Assembly (NCBI GenBank): GCA_035284785.1 | Contig: JAYKHK010000024.1 | Location: 2,573 to 66,572, forward strand | Source: Cyanobacteriota bacterium | GTDB taxonomy: Bacteria > Cyanobacteriota > Cyanobacteriia > PCC-6307 > Cyanobiaceae | Length of the DNA: 64,000 bases | Reading direction: 5' to 3' | Shown: one piece after another, positions 20,480 to 33,129 of the stretch | Position numbering within the stretch: the stretch's first letter is position 1 | Layout of the letters: every line of letters begins with the position of its first letter | Made by a program: the position numbers and the translations under genes | The notes under the pieces: generated by a model | The model's input: only the letters and a program-made list of their open reading frames with translations | The model's database searches: none | What the model was told of the DNA's origin: nothing

Positions 20480-22762
20480 ATGATGAAGTTCACGGTCGCT
20501 GACCTGCTTGACCAGCTCTCCACCGACGAGAGCCTGCCCCCAGCCCACCTCGAGAAGGCCCTCGGGATCAGCGCTGCTGAGGAGCAAGAGAAACTGCGCA
20601 TCGGTTTGGAGGCTCTCGAGCGCCTGGCATTGGTGGAGACGGCAGAGGAAGGCGTGCGTCGCCTGGAATCCCCAGATCTGATTGCAGCCCGTTTGCGTTG
20701 TTCCAGCAAGGGCTTTTGCTTTGCCTTGCGGGATGACGACGGCGAAGACATCTACATCCGCGACCACCATCTCAACCACGCCTGGAATGGCGACCGCGTG
20801 TTGGTCAAGATCACCCGGGACGGTGGCAGGCGTCGCTCTCCGGAGGGGAGCGTTCAGTGCATCCTGCAGCGCCACACCACCCGCATGCTCGGTCACGTGG
20901 AGCGCCAGGGTGATCGCTTGGTGGCATTGCCCCTCGATGATCGGCTGCTCACGGCTGTGGCTTTGCCCGAGGCGGACGCCGGCCATCTCGAGCAGCGCGA
21001 CAGCCACGTGGTGGAGGTGCAGGTCGACCGCTTCCCGGTCGCCCAATTTGCGCCGGAAGGCCACGTGGTGCGCAGTTTGCCCGTGAGCGGGGGGGACGAC
21101 GCCGATCTGGAATTGTTGCTGGTGAAACACCAACTCCAAGACGGTGGGACCCCACCCAGGGTGACGCTCAAGTCTCCTGTTGAGAAAGGGCGCCAAGACC
21201 TCACCAGCCTCCCCACCCTGCTGGTGCAACCTTGGTTGGCCGCCGATGCCCCCATCCTGCCGGCGCTTTCGCTGGAGGTGAGGGAGGGAGGCTGGCGCCT
21301 CTGGGTGCATGCGCCCTCCGTTGCGGAGCGCCTGGGCCTGGGCACCACGGCGGATGCCTGGATTCGCGACCAAGGGGAGGCCGTGCCGCTGGGCAAGCGT
21401 TGGCGCGCCCTGCTGCCATCGGGGTTGGTGAAGGCCTCGGCCTTCTCTTCAGGGCTGGAGCAGGATGCCCTTTCCGTGGCCCTCGATCTGGGCCCTGAGG
21501 GTGAACTGGAGCACTACCGCTTCCAATTGAGTCGGGTGCGTCCTCTGGCCACGGTCGATCAGGCGGCCTTGGAAGCTCTGGCGCAGCGGAAGCCCAAGGC
21601 CCGCACCCTGCCGGCTCCGCTCAAAAACCACAAGGGACATCTCGACCTCCTGGACCAGCTGGTGGAGGTGGTGGCTCTGCTGCGGCAGCGGCGCCTCGCG
21701 GCGGGCTCCATTGAGCTGGATGTGCCAACCCCGCCTCTGGAGCCCCTTGGGGATGGGGGCCGCCCGGGGCCGGATGCCGGTCGAGCGGGCTGGTGGGTGC
21801 GCTTGCCGGATGCTCACCCGGCGGCGCTGCTTCGCGAATCGATTTTGGTGGCCCATCGCGCCCTGGGCCATCACCTGGCGGCCTTGGGGTTGCCTGGCAT
21901 TTTTGCCATCAATCCCCCGCCCGACCCCACCGGGATCAATGAGGTGGCCAAGGCGGCGCTCGCCTTGGAGATCCCCCTTGAGCTGAGCAGCGATGGCAAT
22001 GCCAGCGCGGCGGAGCTGGCCGCTGCATTTGCCCAGACCGATCGTTGTCGCGTGTGGCAGCAGCAAATCGCCGACTGCCTGGAGACCAGCCAGCTCAGCG
22101 ATCAGGCCGGGGCGAATGCGTTGGCCGGAGATCCCATCGCCGTCGCCCCTTGGACCTGCCCCAGCCTCCACTACGCGGACCTGTTCAACCAGCATGTCCT
22201 GGTGACCCTGTTGCTGGAAGGCAAAGATCGCCCGACGGTGCGCCACAAAACAAGCGTGGACCTGGCCTCCGACGTTTCGCATGGCGCCATTGACTGGCCC
22301 TTGCTCACCCCAACCCAGCTGGCCCCCTTTGAAGAGAGCCTGCGCCACGGCTTGTTGCTGCGGTTGAATGGGCGGCGCCAGGCCCTGGCCGACTTCCAGG
22401 CGGACCACCTCGCCATCGCCCAGGCCCGCTGTGCAGAGCCGTTGGTGGGCCAGATCCTCCAAGGCGTGATCAGCGGCGTGCAGAGCTATGGCTTCTTTGT
22501 GGAAGTTCCCCCCTCCCTTGTGGAGGGCCTTGTGCATGTGAGCTCCCTGAAGGACGACTGGTATGAATACCGCTCGCGCCAAAATCAATTGGTGGGGCGC
22601 AAGGGTCGCCGCACCTTCATGGTGGGTGATCCGGTGCAGGTGTTGATTGAGAAGGTGGATGTGTTGCGCCACCAGATTGACCTCTCGGTGGTGTTGCCAG
22701 ACGAGGGGCCCGCGGTGGGCGCCAGCCCAATGGACGAGGAGGGTGGGGAAGCCCCGGTTTGA
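20480..22762 (+). CDS. RNase R/II family protein (Zam-like)
   Basis: [10 protein letters not shown] cold-shock domain, RNB-like core, S1 domain ([19 protein letters not shown]). Confidence 0.88.
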   Translation: MMKFTVADLLDQLSTDESLPPAHLEKALGISAAEEQEKLRIGLEALERLALVETAEEGVRRLESPDLIAARLRCSSKGFCFALRDDDGEDIYIRDHHLNHAWNGDRVLVKITRDGGRRRSPEGSVQCILQRHTTRMLGHVERQGDRLVALPLDDRLLTAVALPEADAGHLEQRDSHVVEVQVDRFPVAQFAPEGHVVRSLPVSGGDDADLELLLVKHQLQDGGTPPRVTLKSPVEKGRQDLTSLPTLLVQPWLAADAPILPALSLEVREGGWRLWVHAPSVAERLGLGTTADAWIRDQGEAVPLGKRWRALLPSGLVKASAFSSGLEQDALSVALDLGPEGELEHYRFQLSRVRPLATVDQAALEALAQRKPKARTLPAPLKNHKGHLDLLDQLVEVVALLRQRRLAAGSIELDVPTPPLEPLGDGGRPGPDAGRAGWWVRLPDAHPAALLRESILVAHRALGHHLAALGLPGIFAINPPPDPTGINEVAKAALALEIPLELSSDGNASAAELAAAFAQTDRCRVWQQQIADCLETSQLSDQAGANALAGDPIAVAPWTCPSLHYADLFNQHVLVTLLLEGKDRPTVRHKTSVDLASDVSHGAIDWPLLTPTQLAPFEESLRHGLLLRLNGRRQALADFQADHLAIAQARCAEPLVGQILQGVISGVQSYGFFVEVPPSLVEGLVHVSSLKDDWYEYRSRQNQLVGRKGRRTFMVGDPVQVLIEKVDVLRHQIDLSVVLPDEGPAVGASPMDEEGGEAPV

Positions 22763-22767
22763 GCGGC

Positions 22768-23403
22768 ATGCCATCCCCCCTGCCATCGCTTCCCATCGTG
22801 CTGGCGATGTCCGGAGCATCCGCCCAACCTCTCGCCCAGCGGGCTCTGGCCCTGCTCCTCCAGGCAGGCAAGCGCGTCGATGTGGTCACCAGTCGCGGAG
22901 CGATTGGGGTCTGGCGAGCGGAGTTGGGGGTGCAAGTGCCCTCTGAGCCGAGGGCCCAGGAGGAGTTCTGGCGGGCTCGAACCGGCTGCACAGGGGGGGA
23001 TTTGCAATGCCACCGCTGGAATGATCAGGCCGCCCCCATCGCCAGTGGCAGCTATCGCACGGCTGGCATGGTGATCCTTCCCGCCAGTATGGGAACTGTG
23101 GGCCGCATCGCCTCGGGGGTGGCTCTGGATTTGATTGAGCGGGCTGCTGATGTGCACCTGAAGGAGGGCTGGCCCCTTGTGATCGCTCCCCGGGAATTGC
23201 CTTGGAATCTCATCCATCTGCGCAACCTCACCACCTTGGCGGAGGCAGGAGCTCGCATAGCTCCGCCGGTGCCCGCCTGGTACCACCAACCCTCCTCACT
23301 GGAGGAGATGGTGGATTTTCTGGTGATTCGCATCTTTGACAGCCTGGGCCTGGAGCTGGGGTCCTTGCGCCGCTGGCAAGGTCCTGTGCCCCTGCAACCA
23401 TGA
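22768..23403 (+). CDS. ubiX: Flavin prenyltransferase
   Basis: [32 protein letters not shown]. Confidence 0.93.
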   Translation: MPSPLPSLPIVLAMSGASAQPLAQRALALLLQAGKRVDVVTSRGAIGVWRAELGVQVPSEPRAQEEFWRARTGCTGGDLQCHRWNDQAAPIASGSYRTAGMVILPASMGTVGRIASGVALDLIERAADVHLKEGWPLVIAPRELPWNLIHLRNLTTLAEAGARIAPPVPAWYHQPSSLEEMVDFLVIRIFDSLGLELGSLRRWQGPVPLQP

Positions 23404-23960
23404 GCGCCCGCCGTTTCTTGATTTTGCCCCTGCTGTCACCCCTGCTGGCGGTGCTTCTGGTGGCTGCCCTCAATCCCGGTCCAGCGCTGTCGTTTCGCCT
23501 GCTCACCTGGGTGACGCCAAGGGCCCCCCTGGGGCTCTGGTTGGGAGGGGCCGCCGTGGGGGGAGCTGCCCTGAGCGGTGCGGGCACCGCCCTCGCCTTG
23601 CGCCAAGGCCAAGCGGTTGGATCCAGAAGCCGCAGACGCTTCAGCCGCCAAACCTCCAGACCCTGGACTCAGGGGGGATTCGAGGGGGATGGCGGCTGGG
23701 AGACCTCCGCTGCCTCATCCAGACCCCCTCGCCGGGAGGCCGCCTGGTCCCGTGAGATGCCCCCTGGCTCCATCCCCTGGCAGCCCGCTGCGGTGGCTGT
23801 GGCCCCGCCCCGCTCCCCTGGAGACCCCCCCCCCACTGTGGATGTGCCTTTCCGCATCCTGCATCGCCCCTCCCAAGCAGACCCGGCAAGGGAGTCCCAA
23901 CCTGTGGCGGTGGGTGCGGATGAGGATTGGGGAGCCGAGGCTGGCGCCGACGACTGGTGA
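23400..23960 (+). CDS. Hypothetical membrane protein
   Basis: Two N-terminal TM segments; overlaps ubiX stop; [11 protein letters not shown]. Confidence 0.7.
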   Translation: MSARRFLILPLLSPLLAVLLVAALNPGPALSFRLLTWVTPRAPLGLWLGGAAVGGAALSGAGTALALRQGQAVGSRSRRRFSRQTSRPWTQGGFEGDGGWETSAASSRPPRREAAWSREMPPGSIPWQPAAVAVAPPRSPGDPPPTVDVPFRILHRPSQADPARESQPVAVGADEDWGAEAGADDW

Positions 23961-24038
23961 GCCAGCTGGCAGGGAAGCACCTGCAAGACCAGGCAACCTG
24001 CTTAAAGTTTGCGTCACCACGCCGGGAGCCCCAAAGCG

Positions 24039-24545
24039 GTGACGGACAGCCCACGCCCTGAAAGCCCCAAATCGAAAGCTTCACCTGAACAAAGCCCCGC
24101 GCCTGCAAGTGCGAAGCCCAGTCCATCAGGCCAGCAATCCTCGGCTGAGGCTGCCCCAGCGCCCGGCGCCAAGCCCAAGCCTCCCGCTGTGGAAGACAAA
24201 CCCTTCGCCGAGTTCATCCCCCAGCAGTTGCTGCCCGCCTTGGCGAAGGAATGTCAGGTCTACGGGGGCTCGGCCCCGGAGCTCAGCTTTCTCGAGGGCC
24301 CCATGCCCGTGGTTGGGGTGAACTGTTGGATGGTGCAGGGGCTGTTCCCAGGCGGCCGCAGGTTTTGGTTGTGTTTCACAGCGGCCAACCTCGATGCCGC
24401 CAAGATGATTGCTCTGGCTGAGGCGGGAGCACAACCCAGTCTGCTGGAGTCGTTTCTGATCGATGAGAAGAAAATGAGCTTGCCCCTGCTGGTGTCTCGC
24501 CTGGTGCAGCGGCTCAATGGTCAGAAGTGGCTCGGCCCGAATTGA
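24039..24545 (+). CDS. DUF2996 family protein
   Basis: EDKPFAEFI, ESFLIDEKK, QRLNGQKWLGPN. Confidence 0.85.
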   Translation: MTDSPRPESPKSKASPEQSPAPASAKPSPSGQQSSAEAAPAPGAKPKPPAVEDKPFAEFIPQQLLPALAKECQVYGGSAPELSFLEGPMPVVGVNCWMVQGLFPGGRRFWLCFTAANLDAAKMIALAEAGAQPSLLESFLIDEKKMSLPLLVSRLVQRLNGQKWLGPN

Positions 24546-24617
24546 AAGGGGCCTTTACAGAGGGGGCCGCTTGGGCAGGAAGCCCCCTACGATGCCCACA
24601 CAGATCGCTCCGATGGG

Positions 24618-25718
24618 ATGGTTCCCCCTGTGTCAGCTCCTTCGGCGACGGCCTCCCCACAGGCCATCGGCACCCCTGAAGCGCCAGCCTTCAAGGAGCC
24701 GGTGAAAGATACGATTCTCACCCCTCGCTTCTATACCACCGATTTTGAAGCGATGGCGGCCATGGATCTCCGGCCCAATGAGGAGGAACTCAAGGCGATC
24801 TGCGAAGAATTCCGCAAGGACTACAATCGCCATCATTTCGTCAGAGATGATGCGTTTGAAGGGGCAGCCGATAAGCTAGACCCACAAACTCGTAAAGTAT
24901 TTGTTGAATTCCTTGAGCAAAGTTGCACCTCTGAATTCTCTGGATTTTTGCTCTACAAGGAACTCAGCCGAAGGATCAAAGCGAAGAATCCGCTTCTGGC
25001 CGAATGCTTCGCCCATATGGCCCGCGATGAAGCCCGCCACGCTGGCTTCCTCAATAAATCGATGGCTGATTTCGGCCTACAGCTCGATCTAGGATTCTTG
25101 ACTGCTCACAAGGCCTATACGAAATTTAGTCCTGCGCATATTTTTTACGCCACCTATCTCTCTGAAAAAATTGGTTACTGGAGATACATCATGATCTATC
25201 GCCATCTACAGAAGCACCCCGAAAGCAAGATCTTCCCTATTTTCAATTTCTTTGAGAATTGGTGTCAAGACGAAAATCGCCATGGTGATTTCTTTGACGC
25301 CTTGATGAAGGCCGTGCCCAGCACGGTCACTGGTTGGACATCCCGCCTCTGGTGCCGCTTCTTCCTGTTGGCGGTGTTTGCCACCATGTATGTGCGTGAT
25401 GTGGCCCGCAAAGAGTTTTATGAAGCTCTCGGCCTCGATGCTCGCAGCTATGACCGGGCGGTGATCACCAAAACCAACGAAACCTCCGCGCGGGTGTTTC
25501 CGGTCGTGCTGAATGTGCAACACCCTGCGTTCTGGGAAGGTTTGGAGTCCATGGTGAGCAATAACGAGGCCCTCTCAGCCGTGGATGCCGGTGCTGGGCC
25601 AGCCCCGGTGCGGCTGCTTCGCAAGCTCCCCTACTGGCTTGGCAACGCTTATCAAATGTCTCGCCTCTTTTTGATGTCCCCCCTGCGCAGTGAGCAGTTC
25701 CAACCGGCGGTGCGCTGA
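24618..25718 (+). CDS. acsF: Mg-protoporphyrin IX monomethyl ester oxidative cyclase
   Basis: [30 protein letters not shown] diiron motifs. Confidence 0.97.
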   Translation: MVPPVSAPSATASPQAIGTPEAPAFKEPVKDTILTPRFYTTDFEAMAAMDLRPNEEELKAICEEFRKDYNRHHFVRDDAFEGAADKLDPQTRKVFVEFLEQSCTSEFSGFLLYKELSRRIKAKNPLLAECFAHMARDEARHAGFLNKSMADFGLQLDLGFLTAHKAYTKFSPAHIFYATYLSEKIGYWRYIMIYRHLQKHPESKIFPIFNFFENWCQDENRHGDFFDALMKAVPSTVTGWTSRLWCRFFLLAVFATMYVRDVARKEFYEALGLDARSYDRAVITKTNETSARVFPVVLNVQHPAFWEGLESMVSNNEALSAVDAGAGPAPVRLLRKLPYWLGNAYQMSRLFLMSPLRSEQFQPAVR

Positions 25719-25783
25719 GCCAAGCCCTCTCTCTTTCCTCGCCCTGCCCATGGGGGCCTCCCGTCCTTTCGATTTGCTGCCCA

Positions 25784-27250
25784 TTGGTCGCTTCCACCTC
25801 TCTTCCCCCAGGGCCCCAGGGCTCAGCCATTCCCGTTCGCTGGCCTGTGGAGTTCCAAGATCCCGCCTGGCGTGGCTTGCTTGAGCCCCTTCTGGCCGCT
25901 GGTCGGGCTGCCGGGGCAGATCTGGTGGAGGTGTTTCTTGAGCGCAGTGATCATCTCGGGGCTCTGGCCGAGCAGGATCTGATCACCAATGTGTCCCCCT
26001 CCTTCGGCATGGGCGCGGGAGTGCGGGTGTTTTCTGGCCGCCACGATGGCTTTGTCTCCACGAACGACCTGAGTTCCTCTGGTCTGTTGGCCGCCCTCGA
26101 CCAGGCTTTGGCCATGCTGGGCCTGTTGCGAAGCCCCCATGCCCCAGATGGTTTTGAGGGGCTCCCACCGCTCAAGGACTTTGCTGTGGCCAAGGCCTCC
26201 TGGCTTGGAGGCTCCCCTTCTCTCCAAGAGGTCGCATCACGCCTTTTGGAGGGCACAGCAGCCCTCGCCCGCCATGGCAGCCACCTGCAATCCAGGCGCG
26301 GAAGCTACGCGAGGGATTGGCAGGATGTGTTGGTTTGTGCCAGCGATGGCACATTTTCCCGCGACATTCGCCTCCATCAATCCCTGGGGCTCAATGTGCT
26401 CGCTGCAGACGGCGACCATCGGGCCAGTGTGGGCCGTCGTTATGGCACACAGGGTCGGCCTGAGGATTTGCGCGATTGGGATCCTGACGCCTCAGCCCAA
26501 GACCTCTGCAGCAGTGCGGCCACGATGCTTTATGCCGACTACGTGGAGGCTGGCCAATATCCCGTGGTGTTGGCCAATCGTTTTGGTGGGGTGATTTTCC
26601 ATGAGGCCTGCGGCCATCTTCTCGAAACCACCCAGGTGGAGAGGGGCACCACACCATTTGCCGATTGCATCGGCCAGTCCATTGCGCACCAGGCCGTGAC
26701 GGCGATTGATGAAGGACTGAGCGAGGGATCCTTCGGCAGCCTCTCGATGGACGATGAGGGGATGGAGCCCCAGCGCACTGTTCTCATTGAGCAGGGCATC
26801 CTGAGGCGGTTCCTCAGTGATCGAGCCGGTGAGATGCGCACTTCCCACCCACGCACCGGCAGCGGCAGGCGCCAAAGCTATTCCTTTGCCGCTGCTAGCC
26901 GCATGCGCAACACCTACATCGCACCAGGCCCCCACAGCCCAGACGACCTGATTGCTTCTGTGGATCGCGGGCTCTACTGCAAAGCCATGGGGGGAGGCAG
27001 CGTGGGGCCCACGGGTCAATTCAATTTCGCTGTCGAAGAGGCCTATCTCATTGAGCAGGGCCAGCTCACACGGCCCGTCAAGGGAGCCACGCTCATCGGG
27101 GAAGCCAAGGAGGTTTTGCCGCGCATCTCCATGTGTGCCAACGATTTGGAGCTCGCGGCTGGTTTCTGCGGATCCGTGAGTGGCAGCATCTTCGTCACTG
27201 TCGGCCAGCCCCACATCCGGGTCGACGCCATCACGGTGGGTGGACGATGA
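25784..27250 (+). CDS. tldD: TldD metalloprotease
   Basis: [27 protein letters not shown]...VGQPH; start uncertain. Confidence 0.92.
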   Translation: MVASTSLPPGPQGSAIPVRWPVEFQDPAWRGLLEPLLAAGRAAGADLVEVFLERSDHLGALAEQDLITNVSPSFGMGAGVRVFSGRHDGFVSTNDLSSSGLLAALDQALAMLGLLRSPHAPDGFEGLPPLKDFAVAKASWLGGSPSLQEVASRLLEGTAALARHGSHLQSRRGSYARDWQDVLVCASDGTFSRDIRLHQSLGLNVLAADGDHRASVGRRYGTQGRPEDLRDWDPDASAQDLCSSAATMLYADYVEAGQYPVVLANRFGGVIFHEACGHLLETTQVERGTTPFADCIGQSIAHQAVTAIDEGLSEGSFGSLSMDDEGMEPQRTVLIEQGILRRFLSDRAGEMRTSHPRTGSGRRQSYSFAAASRMRNTYIAPGPHSPDDLIASVDRGLYCKAMGGGSVGPTGQFNFAVEEAYLIEQGQLTRPVKGATLIGEAKEVLPRISMCANDLELAAGFCGSVSGSIFVTVGQPHIRVDAITVGGR

Positions 27251-28641
27251 ATCCGCCCGTCACCGCGGTGTTGGATGGGGGCGAGCTGAAGGGGCAGCTC
27301 GATCGGCTGGCTGCTCAGGCGGGGCTTCAGCAGTGGGATCTGGGAGCGTCCTGCAGCACAGACACCTCCGTGCAGGTGGATAGGGGCGAGCCCAAACAGA
27401 TGAAGGGGGCAGAGCGGCGGGCTGTCACCGTGCGGGTCTGGAATGATCAGGGACTGGTAGGCATCACCAGCACCTCCGATCTCTCCGAAGCGGGTTTGGC
27501 GCGGGCACTGGAAGGTGCCAAAGAGGCCAGCGCCTTCGGCAACCCCGATGAGGTTCCTGCCTTCTCTCCGCTGGCGAAAGCCCCGCTGCAGCCGCTGGCG
27601 CAACCCCTGAAAGAAAGTTGCTCCATTTTGGATCTGCTGGCCCGCCTGAAGGAGGCGGAGCGGGATCTCCTGGCAAGCCATCCCGCCATCACGACTGTTC
27701 CTTACAACGGCTTGGCCCAACGCAGCAGTGAACGGCTCTACATCAACAGCGAGGGAGCGCTTCGCCACCAACAACTTTCCACCGCTTCGCTCTATCTCTA
27801 TGCCAGAGCTGAGGAGACGGGGCGCAAGCCCCGCAGCAGTGGAGCCGTGCGTCTGGCCTACGGCCTGGAGGATCTGGATGTGCACGGTTGTGTGGAAGAA
27901 GCTGCTCAGCGCACGATCTCCCATCTTGACTATGCCCCCATTGCAACCGGGCGCTACACGTGTGTGTTTTCTCCTGAGGCTTTCTTGGATCTGATCGGGG
28001 CGTTCAGCAGCTTGTTCAACGCCCGCGCCGTGCTTGACGGCGTCAGCCTGAGTCAAAAAGACAGCCTCGGCCAGCCCTTGGCGGTGCCCTTTCTTTCGAT
28101 CAGCGATAACGGCCTTCACCCCGGCAACATCGGCGCGTCTCTCTTTGACGGCGAAGGCACCCCAACGGCCCCCCTGCAGCTGATTGAAGGCGGCGTGTTG
28201 CGCCATTTCCTCCACTCTGAAGCGACGGCCCGAGCCTTCGGGGTGCTGCCGACAGGCCATGCCGGGATGGGAGCCAAGGTGTCTGTCTCCCCCGATTGGT
28301 TTGAGATTGGCTCGACGCCTGGTGTGGCGGCAGGAGAAGAGGGCCTCGACCGTTTTGCCTCCACGGGCCGCAGGGCGGGCACGGGCGATCTGGTGGTGAT
28401 CGATTCCCTGTCTGCCCTTCACGCGGGCGTCAAGGCCAGTCAGGGGGCCTTTTCCTTGCCGTTTGACGGTTGGTTGATCAGGGATGGGGAGGCCATTTCG
28501 ATTGAGGCCGCCACAGTGGCGGGTGACATCCGCGCGGTGCTCACGAGTTTGATTGGCTTTGAGGGTCCCAGCAAGGTCACCCCCTCTGGCTTGTGCCCCT
28601 GGGTGTGGGTGGAGGGGCTGACGATCACGGGCGACGGCTGA
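27247..28641 (+). CDS. pmbA: PmbA/TldE protein
   Basis: Coupled to tldD; [19 protein letters not shown]; lacks HExxxH. Confidence 0.9.
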   Translation: MNPPVTAVLDGGELKGQLDRLAAQAGLQQWDLGASCSTDTSVQVDRGEPKQMKGAERRAVTVRVWNDQGLVGITSTSDLSEAGLARALEGAKEASAFGNPDEVPAFSPLAKAPLQPLAQPLKESCSILDLLARLKEAERDLLASHPAITTVPYNGLAQRSSERLYINSEGALRHQQLSTASLYLYARAEETGRKPRSSGAVRLAYGLEDLDVHGCVEEAAQRTISHLDYAPIATGRYTCVFSPEAFLDLIGAFSSLFNARAVLDGVSLSQKDSLGQPLAVPFLSISDNGLHPGNIGASLFDGEGTPTAPLQLIEGGVLRHFLHSEATARAFGVLPTGHAGMGAKVSVSPDWFEIGSTPGVAAGEEGLDRFASTGRRAGTGDLVVIDSLSALHAGVKASQGAFSLPFDGWLIRDGEAISIEAATVAGDIRAVLTSLIGFEGPSKVTPSGLCPWVWVEGLTITGDG

Positions 28642-28667
28642 CCCCTCCCCTTGCGCCCTTCTCCCTG

Positions 28668-29702
28668 ATGCGGATCCTCTTCTGGGGCACCCCTGCCTAC
28701 GCGGTGCCAAGTTTGCAGGCTTTGGTGGACCACGGCCACACCCTGGTGGGGGTGGTGAGCCAGCCGGACAGACGACGCGGCCGGGGCGGTGGTCTGAGCC
28801 CCTCGCCGGTGAAGCAACGGGCCCTGGAGCTGGGCGTGCCCGTGTTCACGCCAGAACGGTTGCGTCGAGAACCTGAGCTGCAGGCCCACCTGGCCACCTT
28901 GGGGAGCGAGGCTTCGATCGTGGTGGCCTACGGCCAGATCCTTCCTAAAGCTGTGTTGGATCAACCGCCGCTCGGCTGCTGGAACGGCCATGGCTCTCTG
29001 TTGCCCCGTTGGCGGGGTGCTGCTCCCATTCAATGGGCCTTGTTGGAGGGTGATGCTTGCACCGGCGTGGGCATCATGGCGATGGAGGAGGGATTGGATA
29101 CGGGCCCTGTCTTGCTTGAGGGTCGTTTAGCGATCGGATTGCTGGAAAATGCGCATCACCTGGCCGCCCGGATGGCGGCGCTGACGGCCGATCTGTTTGT
29201 GCAGGCGTTGCCGACCATCGCTGCTGCAGGTGAGGGCCCCCAGGCCGAACGTTGGGCCCGGCTCCGCCTTCAGCCGCAAAGCGAGGAAGGTGTCACCCAC
29301 GCACGCTTGCTCACCCGGGAGGATGGGCTTCTCGATTGGCACGCTTCCGCAGTGCACTTGCATCGCAAGGTGATGGGGCTCTATCCGGGTGCCCACACCC
29401 ATCACCAGGGGCTCCGGCTCAAGGTTTTGGCCACTGAGCCCCTGCTGGACCCTCCCCCCGAGGGACTCAGCCTGCCAGGGATAGAGCTTGCCCACCGGGC
29501 CAGGCACTGGGCGTCAGCAATTCCAGGGGTGGTGGTGAGCTTGGAGGAGGGTGCTGGTGTGGTCGTCGCGACAGGGGAGGGGGCCTTGCTGGTGCGTGAG
29601 GCTCAGTTGGAGGGCCGCAGGCCTTCCGCCGGTTCAGCTCTGCTGCAACAACTCAAGCTGCAACCGGGAGATCGCCTTGGGGAAACACCAAGAGGCCGGT
29701 GA
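28668..29702 (+). CDS. fmt: Methionyl-tRNA formyltransferase
   Basis: MRILFWGTP, QPDRRRGRG, VVAYGQIL, HGSLLPRWRGAAPI. Confidence 0.97.
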   Translation: MRILFWGTPAYAVPSLQALVDHGHTLVGVVSQPDRRRGRGGGLSPSPVKQRALELGVPVFTPERLRREPELQAHLATLGSEASIVVAYGQILPKAVLDQPPLGCWNGHGSLLPRWRGAAPIQWALLEGDACTGVGIMAMEEGLDTGPVLLEGRLAIGLLENAHHLAARMAALTADLFVQALPTIAAAGEGPQAERWARLRLQPQSEEGVTHARLLTREDGLLDWHASAVHLHRKVMGLYPGAHTHHQGLRLKVLATEPLLDPPPEGLSLPGIELAHRARHWASAIPGVVVSLEEGAGVVVATGEGALLVREAQLEGRRPSAGSALLQQLKLQPGDRLGETPRGR

Positions 29703-29788
29703 AGTACAACAAAGTGTGTTGTCAGGGGGAGCAAACAGTTCTCAGTCGCAGAATTTGGGCTCACCATGAATCCAGATCGAGACGGCCC

Positions 29789-29968
29789 ATGGGAAGCCAC
29801 CCTTGCTTTGTTCAAGCCACTGTCAGCGGCTGTGTGATCACCCGTGAGACCAGTGGGTGCTACGTGGTGAGCAAAGCGGATCGGCCGATGAAAAAAGTTC
29901 GGGTCGCCACGTTGGCAGGTGCCTATGCCGCCTGTCAGGGCTGGGAGAAGCTCTCTCGCCTGGATTGA
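29789..29968 (+). CDS. Small hypothetical protein
   Basis: 59-aa ORF in intergenic space; no family recognised. Confidence 0.45.
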   Translation: MGSHPCFVQATVSGCVITRETSGCYVVSKADRPMKKVRVATLAGAYAACQGWEKLSRLD

Positions 29969-30014
29969 GGCCCAGGGCCAGCCAACAGGGGACCTGAAGG
30001 CTGGCCCGCGAGGG

Positions 30015-30221
30015 TCAGGAGCCCCCGCTGACGGCGGACACGCCTAAGGGATGGCGCCTGTGCAGTTCGTGGAGGCCTTCCAATTGGTTGTGAACAGCAA
30101 CCAATTGGTCACGGATGTGACTTGTATTTTCAATCCGGGCAAGATTATTCAGCATCGATTCGATCTGAGCCTTGCAGGAGATCAGGATGCGGCACTCAGG
30201 AGATCCTGGTTCGTAGGGCAT
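30015..30221 (-). CDS. Small hypothetical protein
   Basis: 68-aa helical ORF MPYEPGSPECRILI...HNQLEGLHELHR. Confidence 0.7.
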   Translation of the reverse strand: MPYEPGSPECRILISCKAQIESMLNNLARIENTSHIRDQLVAVHNQLEGLHELHRRHPLGVSAVSGGS

Positions 30222-30315
30222 CGGGATTTGGCTTAGTAAAACCGGAAGGTAGTGGACATCAGATCAGAAAAGGAATCTGTCGCAACCATGGCTGTTTTTG
30301 ATGGCGGCGTGCGGG

Positions 30316-31065
30316 TCAGGCCGTCACGGGCACCTGGTAGCTGGCAATCCTGGCGAAACCCACTGGATCAAGGGACGCACCCCCCACCAAAACCCCGTCG
30401 ATGTCCGGCTGGACCATCAGTTCGTCAATGGTGGATGCATTGACCGATCCTCCGTACTGCACGATCACATCGGGGTGGCCCACCCACCCCCGGATCAAGC
30501 CACAGATTCGATCGGCTTCCACGGCGGCGCAAGTCTTGCCGGTGCCGATGGCCCATATCGGTTCATAGGCCACGATCAAGCGCAGGGGGTCGATGCCTTC
30601 GAGGCCCTGCTCCACTTGCCGATGGATCACCCGTTCGGTTTCGCGAGCTTCCCGTTGATCAAGGCTCTCGCCAACGCAGAGGATCGGAATCAGACCATGG
30701 GCTTGGGCAGAGCGGGCCCTGAGGTTGATCTGTTCGTCGGTTTCGCTGTAGTACTTGCGCGGTTCGCTGTGTCCCACGATCGCGTGCGACACACCGTGCT
30801 CCAGGAGCATCGGAGCGGAGATCATGCCGGTGTAGGCACCTTTCTCCTCCCAGTGCACATTTTGTGCTGCCAGAGCCACCTTCGAACCCTGGAGCTCCTG
30901 ATGCAGCGTCGAGATGGCGGTGAAGGGTGGCGCGAGCACCACCTCCCGATCCTGAGGCAACTGTTCGATCAGGGGCAGGAAGGCACGGGCAAAGGCTCGG
31001 CTCTCTGCACAGGTCATGTGCATCTTCCAGTTACCAGCAATCACAGCCTTACGCACCGGCGGCAT
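30316..31065 (-). CDS. tpiA: Triosephosphate isomerase
   Basis: [33 protein letters not shown]. Confidence 0.98.
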   Translation of the reverse strand: MPPVRKAVIAGNWKMHMTCAESRAFARAFLPLIEQLPQDREVVLAPPFTAISTLHQELQGSKVALAAQNVHWEEKGAYTGMISAPMLLEHGVSHAIVGHSEPRKYYSETDEQINLRARSAQAHGLIPILCVGESLDQREARETERVIHRQVEQGLEGIDPLRLIVAYEPIWAIGTGKTCAAVEADRICGLIRGWVGHPDVIVQYGGSVNASTIDELMVQPDIDGVLVGGASLDPVGFARIASYQVPVTA

Positions 31066-31112
31066 CTCCCGTCGAAACGCATGCCACGCTAAGCCGCCAC
31101 GGGGCCATTCCT

Positions 31113-31337
31113 TCAGCTCTGCTCCTGCATGGGGGGCACCACCCGCAGACAGCCCCCCAGTTCCACTTGGTCCCCCGCTTGCAGTTGGCGTGCACGGCGG
31201 GTCTCGATGGCCCCGTTGACGCGCACATCCCCCCTTTGGATGAGGATTTTGGCTTCTCCGCCTGTGCTCACCAAGCCCTGAACCTTCAAGAATTGGGCCA
31301 GCTGGATGGTGGATCGCTCTGCTTTGGGGTCCTGCAT
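31113..31337 (-). CDS. S4-like RNA-binding protein (YaaA/YbcJ family)
   Basis: [30 protein letters not shown]. Confidence 0.9.
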   Translation of the reverse strand: MQDPKAERSTIQLAQFLKVQGLVSTGGEAKILIQRGDVRVNGAIETRRARQLQAGDQVELGGCLRVVPPMQEQS

Positions 31338-31367
31338 TCGGTTCCTGCCTCCACGTAGTGTGCCCCC

Positions 31368-33107
31368 ATGCGCCCCTCTTCGCTGGCTGGCTTTCGCAGA
31401 CTCTGGCCCCTGCTGAAGCCCCATCGCAGGCGTCTGCTTGCCGGTGCCTTCTGTGCCCTTGTGGCCGTGGCCTCCTTCCCCTTGTTGGCCCTCCTGGCTG
31501 GCCGCCTGATCCCAGCCATCGGTGCGGGAGACTTTGCCACGGTGTTGCGCAGTGTGGGACTGGCGCTGCTGCTGTTTCTGGTTCAGAAATTGGCTCAGTT
31601 CGGCCAGGACGTTTTGCTCGCTGGCCCAGCGCTTCAAGTTAGCCAAGACCTTCGTCGCCAACTCTTCAGCCGGCTGCAACGGCTGGATTTTTCCGCCCTA
31701 GAGAGTCTCTCCACGGGAGACCTCACCTACCGGCTCACTGGAGATGCGGATCGGGTCGGCGAGGTGATCTACAAAACCCTCCACGACAGCCTCCCCTGCC
31801 TGCTCCAGCTGGTGGCCGTGCTGGGCTTGATGGTGTGGATCGATTGGCCTTTGGCTCTGGCGACGATCCTGCTGGCGCCGTTGGTGGCCCTTCTGGTCAG
31901 CGCCTTTGGCGCCCGCGTGATGGCAGCCGCAGAGCGCAGCCAGAGCAAGGTGAGCCAGGTGGCTGCCCTGCTGGGAGAAGCCATTGCGGGACTGCCCCTG
32001 GTGCGAGCCTTCGCGGCGGAACCCTGGCTGCAGCAACGCTTTGATGCGGAGGTGGATCTGCACCGCCGGGCCCGCTACGACACGTTGCGACTCCAGGCCC
32101 TGCAGCATCCTGTGGTGGGCTTCATTGAGGCCGCGGGCATTTTGGCCGTGTTGTTGATCGGCGCAGCGCGGATCCAGGCTGGGGGCCTCAGCGGTCAGGG
32201 CTTCGCCAGCTTCATCGCCGCTTTGCTGATGCTGATTGATCCGATTTCCCATCTCACCACCAACTACAACGAGCTTCAACAGGGTCAGGCCTCCCTCAAC
32301 CGTCTCAGAGCCATTGAGCTTGAACCGGTGGAACCTCCAGACCAGCCTGGAGCCAGGCCCCTGACACAGGTGCATGGGGAGCTCAGGCTGGAGGATGTGC
32401 GGTTCGGTTACGACCCGGATCAGCCCGTGTTGAAGGGCATTGATTTGCAGGTGCGGCCCGGGGAGGTGGTGGCCTTGGTGGGTCCCTCAGGAGCAGGCAA
32501 GAGCACGCTGTTTTCTCTGCTGTTGCGCTTCAACACCGCCCAGCAGGGGCGGGTTCTCCTTGATGGACAAGATTTGGCAGAGTTGCGTGCTCGAGACCTG
32601 CGCCAAGCGGTGGCCCTGGTGCCCCAGCAAAGCAGTGTGTTTTCAGGCACGGTGGCTGAGGCCATCGCTTTTGGTCGATCGACCAGCAGGGAGGCCATCC
32701 GTGCCGCTGCTCAGTTGGCCAACGCTTCTGGCTTCATTGAGGCCCTGCCCCATGGCTACGAGAGCCGGTTGGAGGAGCGGGGCGCCAATTTTTCTGGCGG
32801 CCAGCTGCAGCGCTTGGCCATCGCCCGAGCCGTGCTCGGCAATCCAGCCGTGCTCCTGCTGGACGAGGCCACCAGCGCCCTCGATGCGGAGGCAGAGGAG
32901 GCAGTGCAACAGGGCCTTGAGCAGGCGATGCGTGGCCGCACCGTGGTGGTGATCGCCCACCGGCTCTCCACGGTGCAGGGGGCAGATCGGATCCTGGTGC
33001 TCGAGGCTGGTCGCATCGTGGAGCAAGGCAGCCACGCCAGGTTGATGGCCCAAGGGGGGCGCTACCGAGATCTGTGCCAGCGCCAGTTGATTCACATGGA
33101 GCCTTGA
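31368..33107 (+). CDS. ABC exporter, fused permease/ATPase (MsbA-like)
   Basis: TM domain plus [24 protein letters not shown]. Confidence 0.93.
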   Translation: MRPSSLAGFRRLWPLLKPHRRRLLAGAFCALVAVASFPLLALLAGRLIPAIGAGDFATVLRSVGLALLLFLVQKLAQFGQDVLLAGPALQVSQDLRRQLFSRLQRLDFSALESLSTGDLTYRLTGDADRVGEVIYKTLHDSLPCLLQLVAVLGLMVWIDWPLALATILLAPLVALLVSAFGARVMAAAERSQSKVSQVAALLGEAIAGLPLVRAFAAEPWLQQRFDAEVDLHRRARYDTLRLQALQHPVVGFIEAAGILAVLLIGAARIQAGGLSGQGFASFIAALLMLIDPISHLTTNYNELQQGQASLNRLRAIELEPVEPPDQPGARPLTQVHGELRLEDVRFGYDPDQPVLKGIDLQVRPGEVVALVGPSGAGKSTLFSLLLRFNTAQQGRVLLDGQDLAELRARDLRQAVALVPQQSSVFSGTVAEAIAFGRSTSREAIRAAAQLANASGFIEALPHGYESRLEERGANFSGGQLQRLAIARAVLGNPAVLLLDEATSALDAEAEEAVQQGLEQAMRGRTVVVIAHRLSTVQGADRILVLEAGRIVEQGSHARLMAQGGRYRDLCQRQLIHMEP

Positions 33108-33129
33108 AGCTGCGCGGCTAGGGTGAAGC

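Noticed and set aside
25784-28641. tldD/pmbA as a RiPP maturation locus
   Set aside because: Core context between acsF and fmt; no precursor peptide nearby
21449-28710. Long antisense ORFs 21449-22819 and 27043-28710
   Set aside because: Shadows of the RNase R-like gene and pmbA
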